This document shows, in pieces, positions 25,344-33,538 of a stretch of 37,699 nucleotides of DNA (positions within the stretch are counted from its first letter, which is position 1; the number at the start of each line of letters is the position of its first letter). The stretch comes from Deltaproteobacteria bacterium (GTDB lineage: Bacteria > Myxococcota_A > Polyangia > JACRCY01), in contig JACRCY010000058.1 in assembly GCA_016218785.1 (NCBI GenBank), positions 1 through 37,699 on the forward strand, given 5' to 3'. A program made the position numbers and the translations under genes. The notes under the pieces were generated by a model. The model searched no databases and was not told the origin of the DNA. It saw only the letters and a program-made list of their open reading frames with translations.

Positions 25344-27646
25344 GCGACCTCCGGGGACCATCTCGCGAGGGCCTCCGACTGGCGGTAGAGAGCTTCGAAC
25401 TCCTCGCGCCACAGACCGAGACAGAGCACGAGCTCGGTGCAAGCGCGGCAACGATCCACGTGCTTCGCCTTCAGTCGGCGCAGCTCGGGGAAGCTGAAGA
25501 ACGGGAGCGGCGCCGCGCGCTCGCGGAGCTCGGGCGGCAGGAGGCAGAACGGCACGCCCTGGATGGAGAGGTCCAGGCGCGGGAAGTCGCGCAGGACGGA
25601 CACGATCGTGGGCATTGCCGCCGGGAACGGGAGGATGTCGTCGCGGTTCTCCAGCACGTTCCCGCGCGGCGCGGGGTAGCGCAGGTGCACGGTGCGGATG
25701 CCGCGAGCCGCGAGCAGGTCGACGGTCTCCCCGACGACCGCCAAGCCGGCGCGAGTCAGGCGCACCGTGACCTCCACCGTGATCCCCTGCTGCGAGGCGT
25801 TGCGGATGCCGGCGAGGGTCTGGTGCCATGCCCCGGTGACGCCGGCCATGCGGTCGTGCTCGGCGGCCCCCGGCGCGTGCACCGACGTGACGACGCGGTC
25901 GATGCCCGCCTCGGCGAGGCCTTGCGCCAGGCGCAAGTAGCCGAGCATGCGACCGTTCGTGGCGAGCGTGACGTGCCGGTAGCCCACCGCGCGCGCCTCG
26001 CGCGCGAGGCACAGGAGGGTCTCGGGTCGCAGCGTCGGCTCGCCGCCCTTGACGAGGAGCTCCACGGCGCCCCGGCCATGTCGCTCGCGCATCAGGGCGA
26101 GCAGCTCCTCGTCCGACGGCGGGGTGGCGGCGGGGGCGGTGCGCTCGCAATGGAGGCAACGGCTGTTGCACGGGGCGCCGAGGTCGACGACCGCGAGTGT
26201 CTCGCGGGCGTCTATGAGGAACCGGGCGTTGCGCTTGAAGCGCAGCACCTCGGCGGGGGTGAAGTCCGGCGTGCGGATGACCGGACGCGTCTCGAGCTCG
26301 CAGAGGGGGATCGTGTCGGGGTGGGGATCGAACCACGACCGCGCCTCGCACTCCCGGTAGAGCGCCGTGCCGCGGAACGGGATGGCGTGCTGGATGAGGG
26401 GGAGCGCGCCGAGCTCCTCGTGGAGCATGGTGGCGAACTCGAGGGTGTTGTTGATCTGGGGCTTGGTCTCGCCCGGCAGGCCGATGACGTAGTGAACCTG
26501 GCTGGGGAGCCCGAGGTCACGGCACGTGCGCGCGACCCCGATGACCGCCTTGAGGTCGAGCCGCTTCTGCACGATGCTCCGCAGGACCTCGGGGTCGCCG
26601 GACTCGGCCGAGACCGTCACCTTGGCGTTGCCGGCCCGGCGCATGAGGGCGAGCGTCTCCGTCGTGAGGCCGTCGGCGCGGTAGCCGTTCACCGCGTCCC
26701 AGGCGATCCCCTCGGCGGCGAGGAGCTCCACGAGCTGCCGGAACCGCTCCGGATCCACGGAGATGTTGTTGTCGAGGAAGAAGACGCGGTCGGCCCGGTA
26801 CCGCGCCACCAGCTCGCGGATCATGGGGGCGAGGTACTCGACGGAGTGAGCGCGCCAGGGATGTCGCAGCACCTGCTGCGTGCAGAAGCTGCACGAGTAG
26901 ACGCAGCCGCGGCTCGTTAGCAGCGGGAGGAACCGTCCCGGGGCGTGGTACTCGTGCACGAGGTCCGTCCGTACCGCGTCGGCGATGCAGGAGAAGTACC
27001 GCTCCATGTCGAGCAGGTGGAAGGCCGGCGGGGGCAGCGCGTCGAGCGGGCGGGTCGGGGCCGCCGTGCCGGGGTTGAGCCGGGCCTGCCCGTCGGCCCG
27101 GAACGCGACCTCCGGGATCCCGTCGAGGGGAGCGCGCGCCGTCAGCCGGCGCAGCACCTCCACGAGCTTCGCGTCGCCCTCGCCGAGCACCACGGCGTCC
27201 AGCTCCGGGACCTGCTCGAGCAGCCGGACCGGGTCATACGGGAAGTAGTTCATGCCGCAGACGTGGCAGTCGGCCACCAGGAGCGCCGCCTGCGGGTGGC
27301 TGCGCCGGAGCGCGGTGGCCACTTCGCGTACGTAGGTCTCCCCGAGCCGGTGGAGGTCGGAGAACATCGTCGAGACGATGACCACCGCCTCGGCACCGTG
27401 CTCGGCCGTGGCTGCGGCGAGGTCGTCCAGCTCCACGCCGACGTGCATCACGTCGGTCTGGAGGGCGCGGCAGTTCAGCCGGTCGCGCAGGTAGTAGGCG
27501 TCGACCACGGCGCCGGCGAGTCCCGCCTGCTCCACGACGGCGGCGTTGTAGAGCATGCCGATGTTCGAGAAGGTCGGGTAGTGCGCGAAGACCCGCGGCA
27601 GCTTCACGGGCGGGTTCACGAACAGCACTCGCGGCGGGCTCGGCAT
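25340..27646 (-). CDS. Double radical SAM fusion: B12-binding rSAM plus second rSAM domain (CxxCx5CxG family)
   Basis: ORF 25340..27655; start taken at ATG 27646 (MPSPPRVLFVNPP), a TGATG overlap with the upstream stop. First motif: LLTSRGCVYSCSFC (26882..26905), with VSAESGDPEVL and VIGLPGETKPQ. Second motif: DLGAPCNSRCLHC (26147..26170), with LLVKGGEPTLRPE, TLATNG and C-terminal DRCRACTELVLCLGLW. Confidence 0.9.
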   Translation of the reverse strand: MPSPPRVLFVNPPVKLPRVFAHYPTFSNIGMLYNAAVVEQAGLAGAVVDAYYLRDRLNCRALQTDVMHVGVELDDLAAATAEHGAEAVVIVSTMFSDLHRLGETYVREVATALRRSHPQAALLVADCHVCGMNYFPYDPVRLLEQVPELDAVVLGEGDAKLVEVLRRLTARAPLDGIPEVAFRADGQARLNPGTAAPTRPLDALPPPAFHLLDMERYFSCIADAVRTDLVHEYHAPGRFLPLLTSRGCVYSCSFCTQQVLRHPWRAHSVEYLAPMIRELVARYRADRVFFLDNNISVDPERFRQLVELLAAEGIAWDAVNGYRADGLTTETLALMRRAGNAKVTVSAESGDPEVLRSIVQKRLDLKAVIGVARTCRDLGLPSQVHYVIGLPGETKPQINNTLEFATMLHEELGALPLIQHAIPFRGTALYRECEARSWFDPHPDTIPLCELETRPVIRTPDFTPAEVLRFKRNARFLIDARETLAVVDLGAPCNSRCLHCERTAPAATPPSDEELLALMRERHGRGAVELLVKGGEPTLRPETLLCLAREARAVGYRHVTLATNGRMLGYLRLAQGLAEAGIDRVVTSVHAPGAAEHDRMAGVTGAWHQTLAGIRNASQQGITVEVTVRLTRAGLAVVGETVDLLAARGIRTVHLRYPAPRGNVLENRDDILPFPAAMPTIVSVLRDFPRLDLSIQGVPFCLLPPELRERAAPLPFFSFPELRRLKAKHVDRCRACTELVLCLGLWREEFEALYRQSEALARWSPEVA

Positions 27647-29433
27647 CAACCCCACGTGCCCTCGTTGCGACGCAGGAGACCGACTACCTCCCGCATCAGA
27701 GCATCGAGCCCCGGGCCGCGCAGTGGCCTGGGCACGTCACCTTGGTAGTAGACGTTGAACCGCGAGGTGTGCGCGAAGCAGGGGCTCGCTGCGTTGCGGC
27801 GATCGAGGCGCACGCAGACGACCGCCTCTCCCGTGTGCCGCCCGAAGGTGAGCACGGCGACCCCGTCACCGTCGAGCAACGGCGTCAGCGCGCGGAGCAT
27901 CCACCCCGCCCGGAAGGCCCCCGGCACCCTCGGCGCGACGAGGCGGCGGAGATCGTCGGCCGGCCCGGGCGCTCTCGGGTCGTGGAGGGTGTAGGCCCCC
28001 TCGGGTCGCTTGACGAACAGCGGGCGGCACACGCGCAGCTTGTTGAGGTACGAGAGCGCGCGCTGCAGATCGATCCGCGGGAAGGTGCCGACCTCGAGGA
28101 CGTAGGGGATCCCGCGCCCGGGGACGCGGATGCCCAGCTCGGCGCGTCGTCGCCACAGCGTGGTGCCGGGGAAGACCTGGAGCAGCGACACCAGCACGGC
28201 CCCGATCGGCGACCCCGCAGGCTCCGCCGCCAGCTCCCCGAGGTAGTCCATGGTCCGCTGGAACCCGTCGAGCGTGTCACCCGGGAGCCCCAGCACCACG
28301 CCGACGACCGTCGGCGGCGACGCGGCCGGGTCCGGCGCCAGCCGCCGGAGCAGCCGCAGGGCCGCCTGGAAGCGGCCGCGGTCGAGGGGCTCCCGGTCGC
28401 TCTGCCGCATCGCGCCCTCGGACAGCGACTCCATCCCCAGGAGCACCTGCTGGGCCCGGAGCCGTCCCAGGAGCTCGACCTGCGCCGGCGTGAGCAGCTC
28501 GTGGCGGAGGTTGTACGTGTAGCGGAGCTCCCGCCCGGGGTCCGCGGCCTCGGCCGCGGCCACGAAGCGCTCGAGCGTGCTCTGCTCGTAGTTGATCGCC
28601 GAGTCGATCAGGGTGACGTGCCGCACCTCGTTCCTGAGCGCCCAGCGGAGCTCGTCGACGAGGCGTGCCTGCGAGAAGGCCCGGCGCGTCTTCGCCGAGT
28701 TCCAGGCGCAGTAGCCGCAGCGGTTGAGACACCCGCGCGACAGCTCCAGCATCATCCCCTCGGGCGCGGGTTGCACGATTCCGGCGAGGTAGGGCGACGG
28801 GATGGTATCGAGGTCCGCGACCAGCTCGGCCGGGGGGCCGCTGACCACGTCTCCCGACGGGCTGCGGCCGAAGACCCCCGGTGGCAGGTCGTGCGCGAGG
28901 GGGAGGCCGGTCGCGCGCCACCGGCCCAGCAGCTCGACGAAGGAGCGCTCGGCCTCCCCGCCGACGACGTGGTCCAGGGTCGCGTGATCGCGCAGAAGGG
29001 CCGGCGCCATGTCCTCGACGGCGCGGCCGCCGACGACGGTGAGCGTCTCGGGTCGCCGTTGCTTGAGCCGCGCACAGGCCTCGAGGATCGCGTCGACGTT
29101 CCAGCAGTAGGCCGAGAAGCAGACGGCGTCGGGATCGCCGGCGGCGAGTTGCTCCACGTGGCGCTCGCTGAGGCGGAACTCCTCGTGCGGTGCCTCGGTG
29201 TCGGCGGGCAACGAGTCGTCGACCAGATCGAAGATCTCGATGCGGCAGTCCCGCTGGATCTCCGGCGTGGCGTCGCCGGCGGCCTTCAGGTAGGCCGCGG
29301 CGAGGCTGTAGGGTGCCTGCGCGAGCGCATCCCCGTAGCCGCCGAGGCTTGGCGTCGGCCCGGCATCCGCGTCGACGAGGCGGCGATGCAGCCCCACGAT
29401 CCGCACGTGCGCCACCGGCCGGTCCGTGGTCAC
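27646..29433 (-). CDS. B12-binding radical SAM enzyme (LPSPYL paralog family) with C-terminal shared module
   Basis: ORF 27646..29676 trimmed to GTG 29433 (VTTDRPVAHVRIVG), a GTGA overlap with the upstream stop. Motifs: AVCFSAYCWNV, TVVGGRAVED, HVVGGEAERSF, LDTIPSPYL, ELSRGCLNRCGYCAW, LGMESLSEGAM, VLGLPGDTLDGFQRTMDYL. The C-terminal 87 aa (27649..27909) form the shared module. Confidence 0.9.
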   Translation of the reverse strand: MTTDRPVAHVRIVGLHRRLVDADAGPTPSLGGYGDALAQAPYSLAAAYLKAAGDATPEIQRDCRIEIFDLVDDSLPADTEAPHEEFRLSERHVEQLAAGDPDAVCFSAYCWNVDAILEACARLKQRRPETLTVVGGRAVEDMAPALLRDHATLDHVVGGEAERSFVELLGRWRATGLPLAHDLPPGVFGRSPSGDVVSGPPAELVADLDTIPSPYLAGIVQPAPEGMMLELSRGCLNRCGYCAWNSAKTRRAFSQARLVDELRWALRNEVRHVTLIDSAINYEQSTLERFVAAAEAADPGRELRYTYNLRHELLTPAQVELLGRLRAQQVLLGMESLSEGAMRQSDREPLDRGRFQAALRLLRRLAPDPAASPPTVVGVVLGLPGDTLDGFQRTMDYLGELAAEPAGSPIGAVLVSLLQVFPGTTLWRRRAELGIRVPGRGIPYVLEVGTFPRIDLQRALSYLNKLRVCRPLFVKRPEGAYTLHDPRAPGPADDLRRLVAPRVPGAFRAGWMLRALTPLLDGDGVAVLTFGRHTGEAVVCVRLDRRNAASPCFAHTSRFNVYYQGDVPRPLRGPGLDALMREVVGLLRRNEGTWG

Positions 29434-31280
29434 GTCGCCGTCTCGCGCTGGGGAACGTGGCGCCGCGGGGCACCTTCCCGCAGCAGGTGGAGCACCCACT
29501 GGTTGTTGGTCAGCGCCGACACGGGTCGATGGTAGATCGTGCGCAGCGAGTGGAGCCGGAGGAAGGGCGCCACCTCCCAGCTGTCCCAGTTGCGCAGGTG
29601 CTGGTGTCCGGCGCGCGGCTGCCGATCGGCGAAATCGACCTGCCCGGAATTCCGCAGCAGGGCGAACGGGACGCACTCGGCGATGAGGAGGGTCCCGAGC
29701 GGCCGGGTCAGGGCCACCATGCGGGAGAGAGCCTCGCGGACGTCGGTGACGTGGTTGAGGGCGCGCAGGCAGAGGACGTGGTCGAAGTAGCCCGCCGCGT
29801 GCTCGAACCGTTCGATCTCCCCGACGTGGTAGCGACCCTGGGGGATCGCGCGCCTGAGCTCACTCACGGCCGCCTCGTCCGGATCGAGGCCGTGGTACTC
29901 GACCAATCCGGCTTGCACGAGAGGGGCGAGCTGAGCACGGTACAGTTGCTCGCCGCAGCCGACGTCGAGGATGCGTCCGCGCAGCCGGTGTACCCAGCCG
30001 GCGATCCAGCGCTCCTCGCGGCGGAAAGGCGGCTCGTCGACCTCGCGGAACCGCCGCCCGCAGCGCTCCTTCCGATCGCATGGATCGCAGTACGGGTCCG
30101 GCGCCACGCGGCGGATCGAGTCGACGAAGTCGTCGAGAGCTGCCGTCGCCGAACGGTCGAGATAGAGGTGGCCGAAGTCGTGCTTCACCCGGCTCACCTC
30201 GCTCAGCGAGAAGTCTCCGGTGTCGGTCCGGTAGAGCGTCAGCTCGCCGTCGCCGGCGAGGAAGAGCGCGCGCGCCGGGTCGACTCCCGGAGCGCGATCG
30301 GCCGTACACGCCGCGGGGGTCGGGGCCAGGGGGAGGGTGACGTCCTGGCGCACGAAATTGAAGGAGTTGGCGATCACGCTTCGTGCCGGCACGTCCGCGG
30401 CTCGCGGCACGAACCCCTCGAAGGGAACGCCGCGGCAACGCCTCCGTGCCGGGCAGGCGTCGCAGTGGTCGGTCGGGTACGACGGCGGCCGCCCCCGGTC
30501 GCCGAGACACGTCGCGGAGGGAGCCGAGCGGACCCCTGACCAGGTGCGCCGCGAGGGCGGACGCGCCACGTGGCTGGGCGCGGTCACCAGGCAATCCGGC
30601 AGCCCCTCCCAGACGAGGAGCGGGCGGAACGATTGGTGGTTCCAGCGCGCGAGGGCGTCCACCGCGCGTTGCAGGGTCACGACGTGGTCGGCCCCGGAGC
30701 CGAGGCCGGCCACGCTCAGGAGGAGGTGGTGATCGGGCGTCGAGAGGAGCGCGGCGAGGTGATCGACCATCGCCGGTGCGTCGGCGAGCGTGTCGGGGGA
30801 GAGGGCCAGGGAGACATCGAGGCTGGCATCCGCCGCGGCGCCCTCGTCCTCCAGCGCGCGCAGCCCGTCGAGGGTCTGGCGAAAGGAGCCCGGGACGCGC
30901 GTCACCTGGTCGTGTGACTCCTCCCAGCCGAAGAGCTGGACGCGCAGGTAGGCGAGCCCGGCGTTGCCCAGGCGCCGCCGCGCCTCGGGGTAGCAGAGCG
31001 CCCGCCCGTTGGTCACCAGCCCCGGCAGGAGCCCGGCCTCCCGGATGCGTCGCAGCAGGCCGAACACGTCGTGGCGGACGAACGGCTCACCGCCCACGAG
31101 CACGGCGAGTTGCCCCGCGTCGCCCTCCCGCCGCGCCTCGGACCGCCGCTGCAAGGCGCGCGGGATCTGCCCCGCGACGAGGCCCGGCGGCGCCGTCGCC
31201 GCGTCCACGGGACAGATCGTGCAGCGGCAGTTGCAGGCCGGGCCCACCCACAGCCAGGCCGAATCGGCGTCGGGCCTCAC
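29430..31280 (-). CDS. Radical SAM (CxxCx5CxG family) fused to a class I SAM-dependent methyltransferase
   Basis: 616-aa ORF with GTG start at 31280. N-terminal part: WVGPACNCRCTICP (CX3CX2C), VLVGGEPFVRHD, VTNGRAL, DHCDACPARRRCRGVP. C-terminal part (about 29601..30008): GRILDVGCGEQ (motif I), YHGLDPD, FDHVLCLRALNHV, TRPLGTLLIAE. The linker between them may hold a divergent shared module (30102..30374). Confidence 0.85.
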   Translation of the reverse strand: MRPDADSAWLWVGPACNCRCTICPVDAATAPPGLVAGQIPRALQRRSEARREGDAGQLAVLVGGEPFVRHDVFGLLRRIREAGLLPGLVTNGRALCYPEARRRLGNAGLAYLRVQLFGWEESHDQVTRVPGSFRQTLDGLRALEDEGAAADASLDVSLALSPDTLADAPAMVDHLAALLSTPDHHLLLSVAGLGSGADHVVTLQRAVDALARWNHQSFRPLLVWEGLPDCLVTAPSHVARPPSRRTWSGVRSAPSATCLGDRGRPPSYPTDHCDACPARRRCRGVPFEGFVPRAADVPARSVIANSFNFVRQDVTLPLAPTPAACTADRAPGVDPARALFLAGDGELTLYRTDTGDFSLSEVSRVKHDFGHLYLDRSATAALDDFVDSIRRVAPDPYCDPCDRKERCGRRFREVDEPPFRREERWIAGWVHRLRGRILDVGCGEQLYRAQLAPLVQAGLVEYHGLDPDEAAVSELRRAIPQGRYHVGEIERFEHAAGYFDHVLCLRALNHVTDVREALSRMVALTRPLGTLLIAECVPFALLRNSGQVDFADRQPRAGHQHLRNWDSWEVAPFLRLHSLRTIYHRPVSALTNNQWVLHLLREGAPRRHVPQRETAT

Positions 31281-31405
31281 CTCGGCCTCGCCGCGCGGGG
31301 CGCGGGCCCGGCGCGCCGGAGGCGGTCGCTGGTGCTCCAGTCCGCACCGGAACCTTCGCTCACTGTTCGACGGGCGAGGAGCAACGCGTCACGCTCGACT
31401 GGCTC

Positions 31406-31433
31406 AGTATAGCAGCCGACCCGGAGGCGGCAA
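31406..31433 (-). promoter_or_regulatory. Sigma70-like promoter candidate for the six-gene rSAM operon (31280 to 20666)
   Basis: Minus strand reads TTGCCG (31433..31428), 16 nt, TATACT (31411..31406). This would give a ~120-nt leader before GTG 31280. Confidence 0.35.
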
Positions 31434-31458
31434 CGGAGCGTGCGCGCCGCTGCCTCGC

Positions 31459-31487
31459 TTGACCACCCTCGACACCGGAGGCATGCT
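31459..31487 (+). promoter_or_regulatory. Sigma70-like promoter candidate for the nitrogenase-like operon
   Basis: TTGACC (31459..31464), 17 nt, CATGCT (31482..31487). A CACCGGAG motif lies in the spacer. The strong SD GGAGGGGAG precedes GTG 31532. Confidence 0.3.
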
Positions 31488-31531
31488 GACTGCGTGACGG
31501 ACGAGCCCGCGACGTCCCCCTCGGAGGGGAG

Positions 31532-33538
31532 GTGAGCCGCCGCGACGCCAGCAGCCCGGGCGGGCGTGCCGTCCTGCAGGGCAAGACGCTGGTCGGCGGT
31601 CCCCGGAGTCGCGCGCACTTCGCGGCCCTGCTCGGCCTGGACCGGGTCGCCCCTCTCGGGCAGACCCGCGTCGTCGCCGTCGCCTGGGTCGGCGATCACG
31701 TCGAGATCGAAGTCGCCGGGGTGGACGACCAGAGCGTGGTCTTCTTCCTCGACCGGTTTCAGGCCGACAAGCCACGGCTCTTCGCCACCGAGCACCTGGT
31801 GCTCTACTACCGCGGCGTCGGCATGTGGCCGGAGCTCGAGGAGCGGCTGCGCGCCGTCGAGCTCGGGCGCCTCGGGGAGCGCACCATCGAGGACCTCGCC
31901 GAGTTGATCGCCGCGGACACGGACGTCGACCCGGCCCACGACCGCCCGCCGCGCGTCAGCGCCGAGGGGCAGGACGCCTTCGACCGCCAGTCGCACCTCA
32001 GCACCTGGGCCTCGCCCCACGTCTGGTACCAGTTCTTCGGCGTCGCCGAGATCTGGCGGCAGCGACTCGACTCGCTCGACATCTTCGAGCGGTGCACCTT
32101 CATCCAGCACTGTGACCGCGAGTGCGTGCAGGTCGCGCCGCGCACGTACGTGCCGATGGTCGACGGAGTGTTCTACCCCTGGCTCGAGCGGGTGCGGCGG
32201 ATCGGCCGCGCGCGTCGACGCCCCTCTCCCGCTGTGGGCTCGGCCGCGACCCGGCCGCGGGGAACCGGTGAGCCGTTCGTGGACGATCCGAAGCACTCGA
32301 TGTGCACGACGGACATCACCGAGGCGGACGTGATCCTCGGCTCGCAGGAGAAGCTCGTGCGCGTCCTCGACGACGTGCTGGAGCGCGGCGTGGATCGCAC
32401 GCTGTTCCTGAGCTGCACGTGCGTCCCGTTCGTGACGGGAGAGGACGTGGAGTCGATCGTCAAGCGCTACCGGGCGAAGACCGATCGGCCCTTCTTCTAC
32501 CTCACGACCACCCCGCAATCGAGCGTGGGGGTGTTCCGGGACGTGCTGGTGCACCGGCGCCGGGCGGCCGAGCAGGCGGTCCCGCCCGGCGAGGTGACGC
32601 CGCACGCCGTCAACCTCGTCGGCTTCGCGCGGGATCCGGGGCTCGAGGAGCTCCGGGGGCTGCTCGCCCAGCTGGGGGTCAGTGTCAACGCCGTGTTCGT
32701 CCCCGAGATGGACTCCGCGGTCGTCGACACCCTGCCCCGAGCGTCGCTCCACGTGCTGTACCCGAACGTCCTGTGGCAGAGCATCTACGACCAGCTCCTC
32801 TTCGACTCGCGCATCACCGCGGTCTCGCCGGCGGCGCCGTACGGCGTGGCGGGGACGCAACGATGGCTCGAGAACGTGGCCGCGGCCGTGGGCCTGACGG
32901 TGACGGCTGGCGACGTCGTCGCGCGGGGTCTGGAGCCGCTCCGAGGGGTGTGGGACCGACTGAGGGCCGAGGCCGCCGGCACGCGGCTGGCGTTCGTGGT
33001 GGGCGCGGACGAGGCCTACCGCCTGGGCGACGCCACCACGACCTGGGGCGTGCCGCTGATCCCGATGCTCGAGGAGATGGGCTTCGGGCTCGAGGTCCTC
33101 ATCGGCGTCGCCGATCGTACGGCCGCGCGCGACGTGGCGACGCAGATCAACGCGGTGTTCGCCCACCCGGAGCGCCACGGCATCAGGGCGTTCCGTGACC
33201 GCGCTCGGCTCGACTCGCTCCTCGAGTCGGGGACGTTCGCCGCGGTCTACTCCGATCACCTCTTCGACCGTCGCCTGACCGCGGCGGGCAAGGCGCAGTT
33301 CAGCCTCCAGGAGTTCGAGAAGGGGGTCGGGGGGGCGGTCCGGACCCTCCGCCGCCTGCTGGAGGTGTGCCGGCTGCCGCTGTACCGCCGGTACCGGCGC
33401 CACCTGCCGGCCGCGGCCCAGCCCTACGCCGCGCCCATAACGCGTGGCACGAGGCGAGGGGGCCGCGAGGGGCTCGCGGGGCCGGGCGGTCCCGACAAGC
33501 TCACGGGCCCAGGCGCCCTGGTGGATGGACGACGGTGA
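31532..33538 (+). CDS. Nitrogenase component-1-type oxidoreductase family protein (NifD/NifE/BchN-like) with N-terminal shared module
   Basis: 668-aa ORF; GTG 31532 directly follows GGAGGGGAG. The shared module covers residues ~45-127 (31664..31912). The core reads FIQHCDRECVQ, then SMCTTDITEADVILGSQEKLVRVLDDVLERGVDRTLFLSCTCVPFVTGEDVESIV. This matches the sT.l.E.d.vfGG..kL...i.v..tC....iGDD pattern, followed by Rossmann-like VNLVGF and LAFVVGAD segments. Confidence 0.75.
   Translation: MSRRDASSPGGRAVLQGKTLVGGPRSRAHFAALLGLDRVAPLGQTRVVAVAWVGDHVEIEVAGVDDQSVVFFLDRFQADKPRLFATEHLVLYYRGVGMWPELEERLRAVELGRLGERTIEDLAELIAADTDVDPAHDRPPRVSAEGQDAFDRQSHLSTWASPHVWYQFFGVAEIWRQRLDSLDIFERCTFIQHCDRECVQVAPRTYVPMVDGVFYPWLERVRRIGRARRRPSPAVGSAATRPRGTGEPFVDDPKHSMCTTDITEADVILGSQEKLVRVLDDVLERGVDRTLFLSCTCVPFVTGEDVESIVKRYRAKTDRPFFYLTTTPQSSVGVFRDVLVHRRRAAEQAVPPGEVTPHAVNLVGFARDPGLEELRGLLAQLGVSVNAVFVPEMDSAVVDTLPRASLHVLYPNVLWQSIYDQLLFDSRITAVSPAAPYGVAGTQRWLENVAAAVGLTVTAGDVVARGLEPLRGVWDRLRAEAAGTRLAFVVGADEAYRLGDATTTWGVPLIPMLEEMGFGLEVLIGVADRTAARDVATQINAVFAHPERHGIRAFRDRARLDSLLESGTFAAVYSDHLFDRRLTAAGKAQFSLQEFEKGVGGAVRTLRRLLEVCRLPLYRRYRRHLPAAAQPYAAPITRGTRRGGREGLAGPGGPDKLTGPGALVDGRR

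Noticed and set aside
31277-33403. 708-aa minus-strand ORF, and similar long ORFs (22..951 +, 1167..2612 +, 16366..17823 -, 25460..26920 +, 27742..29535 +, 33424..35154 -, 34911..36491 +)
   Set aside because: Each lies antisense to, or out of frame with, a gene that has clear family motifs. Their translations are the Arg/Gly/Glu/Asp/Pro-rich low-complexity strings typical of shadow frames in high-GC DNA, with no recognisable motifs.
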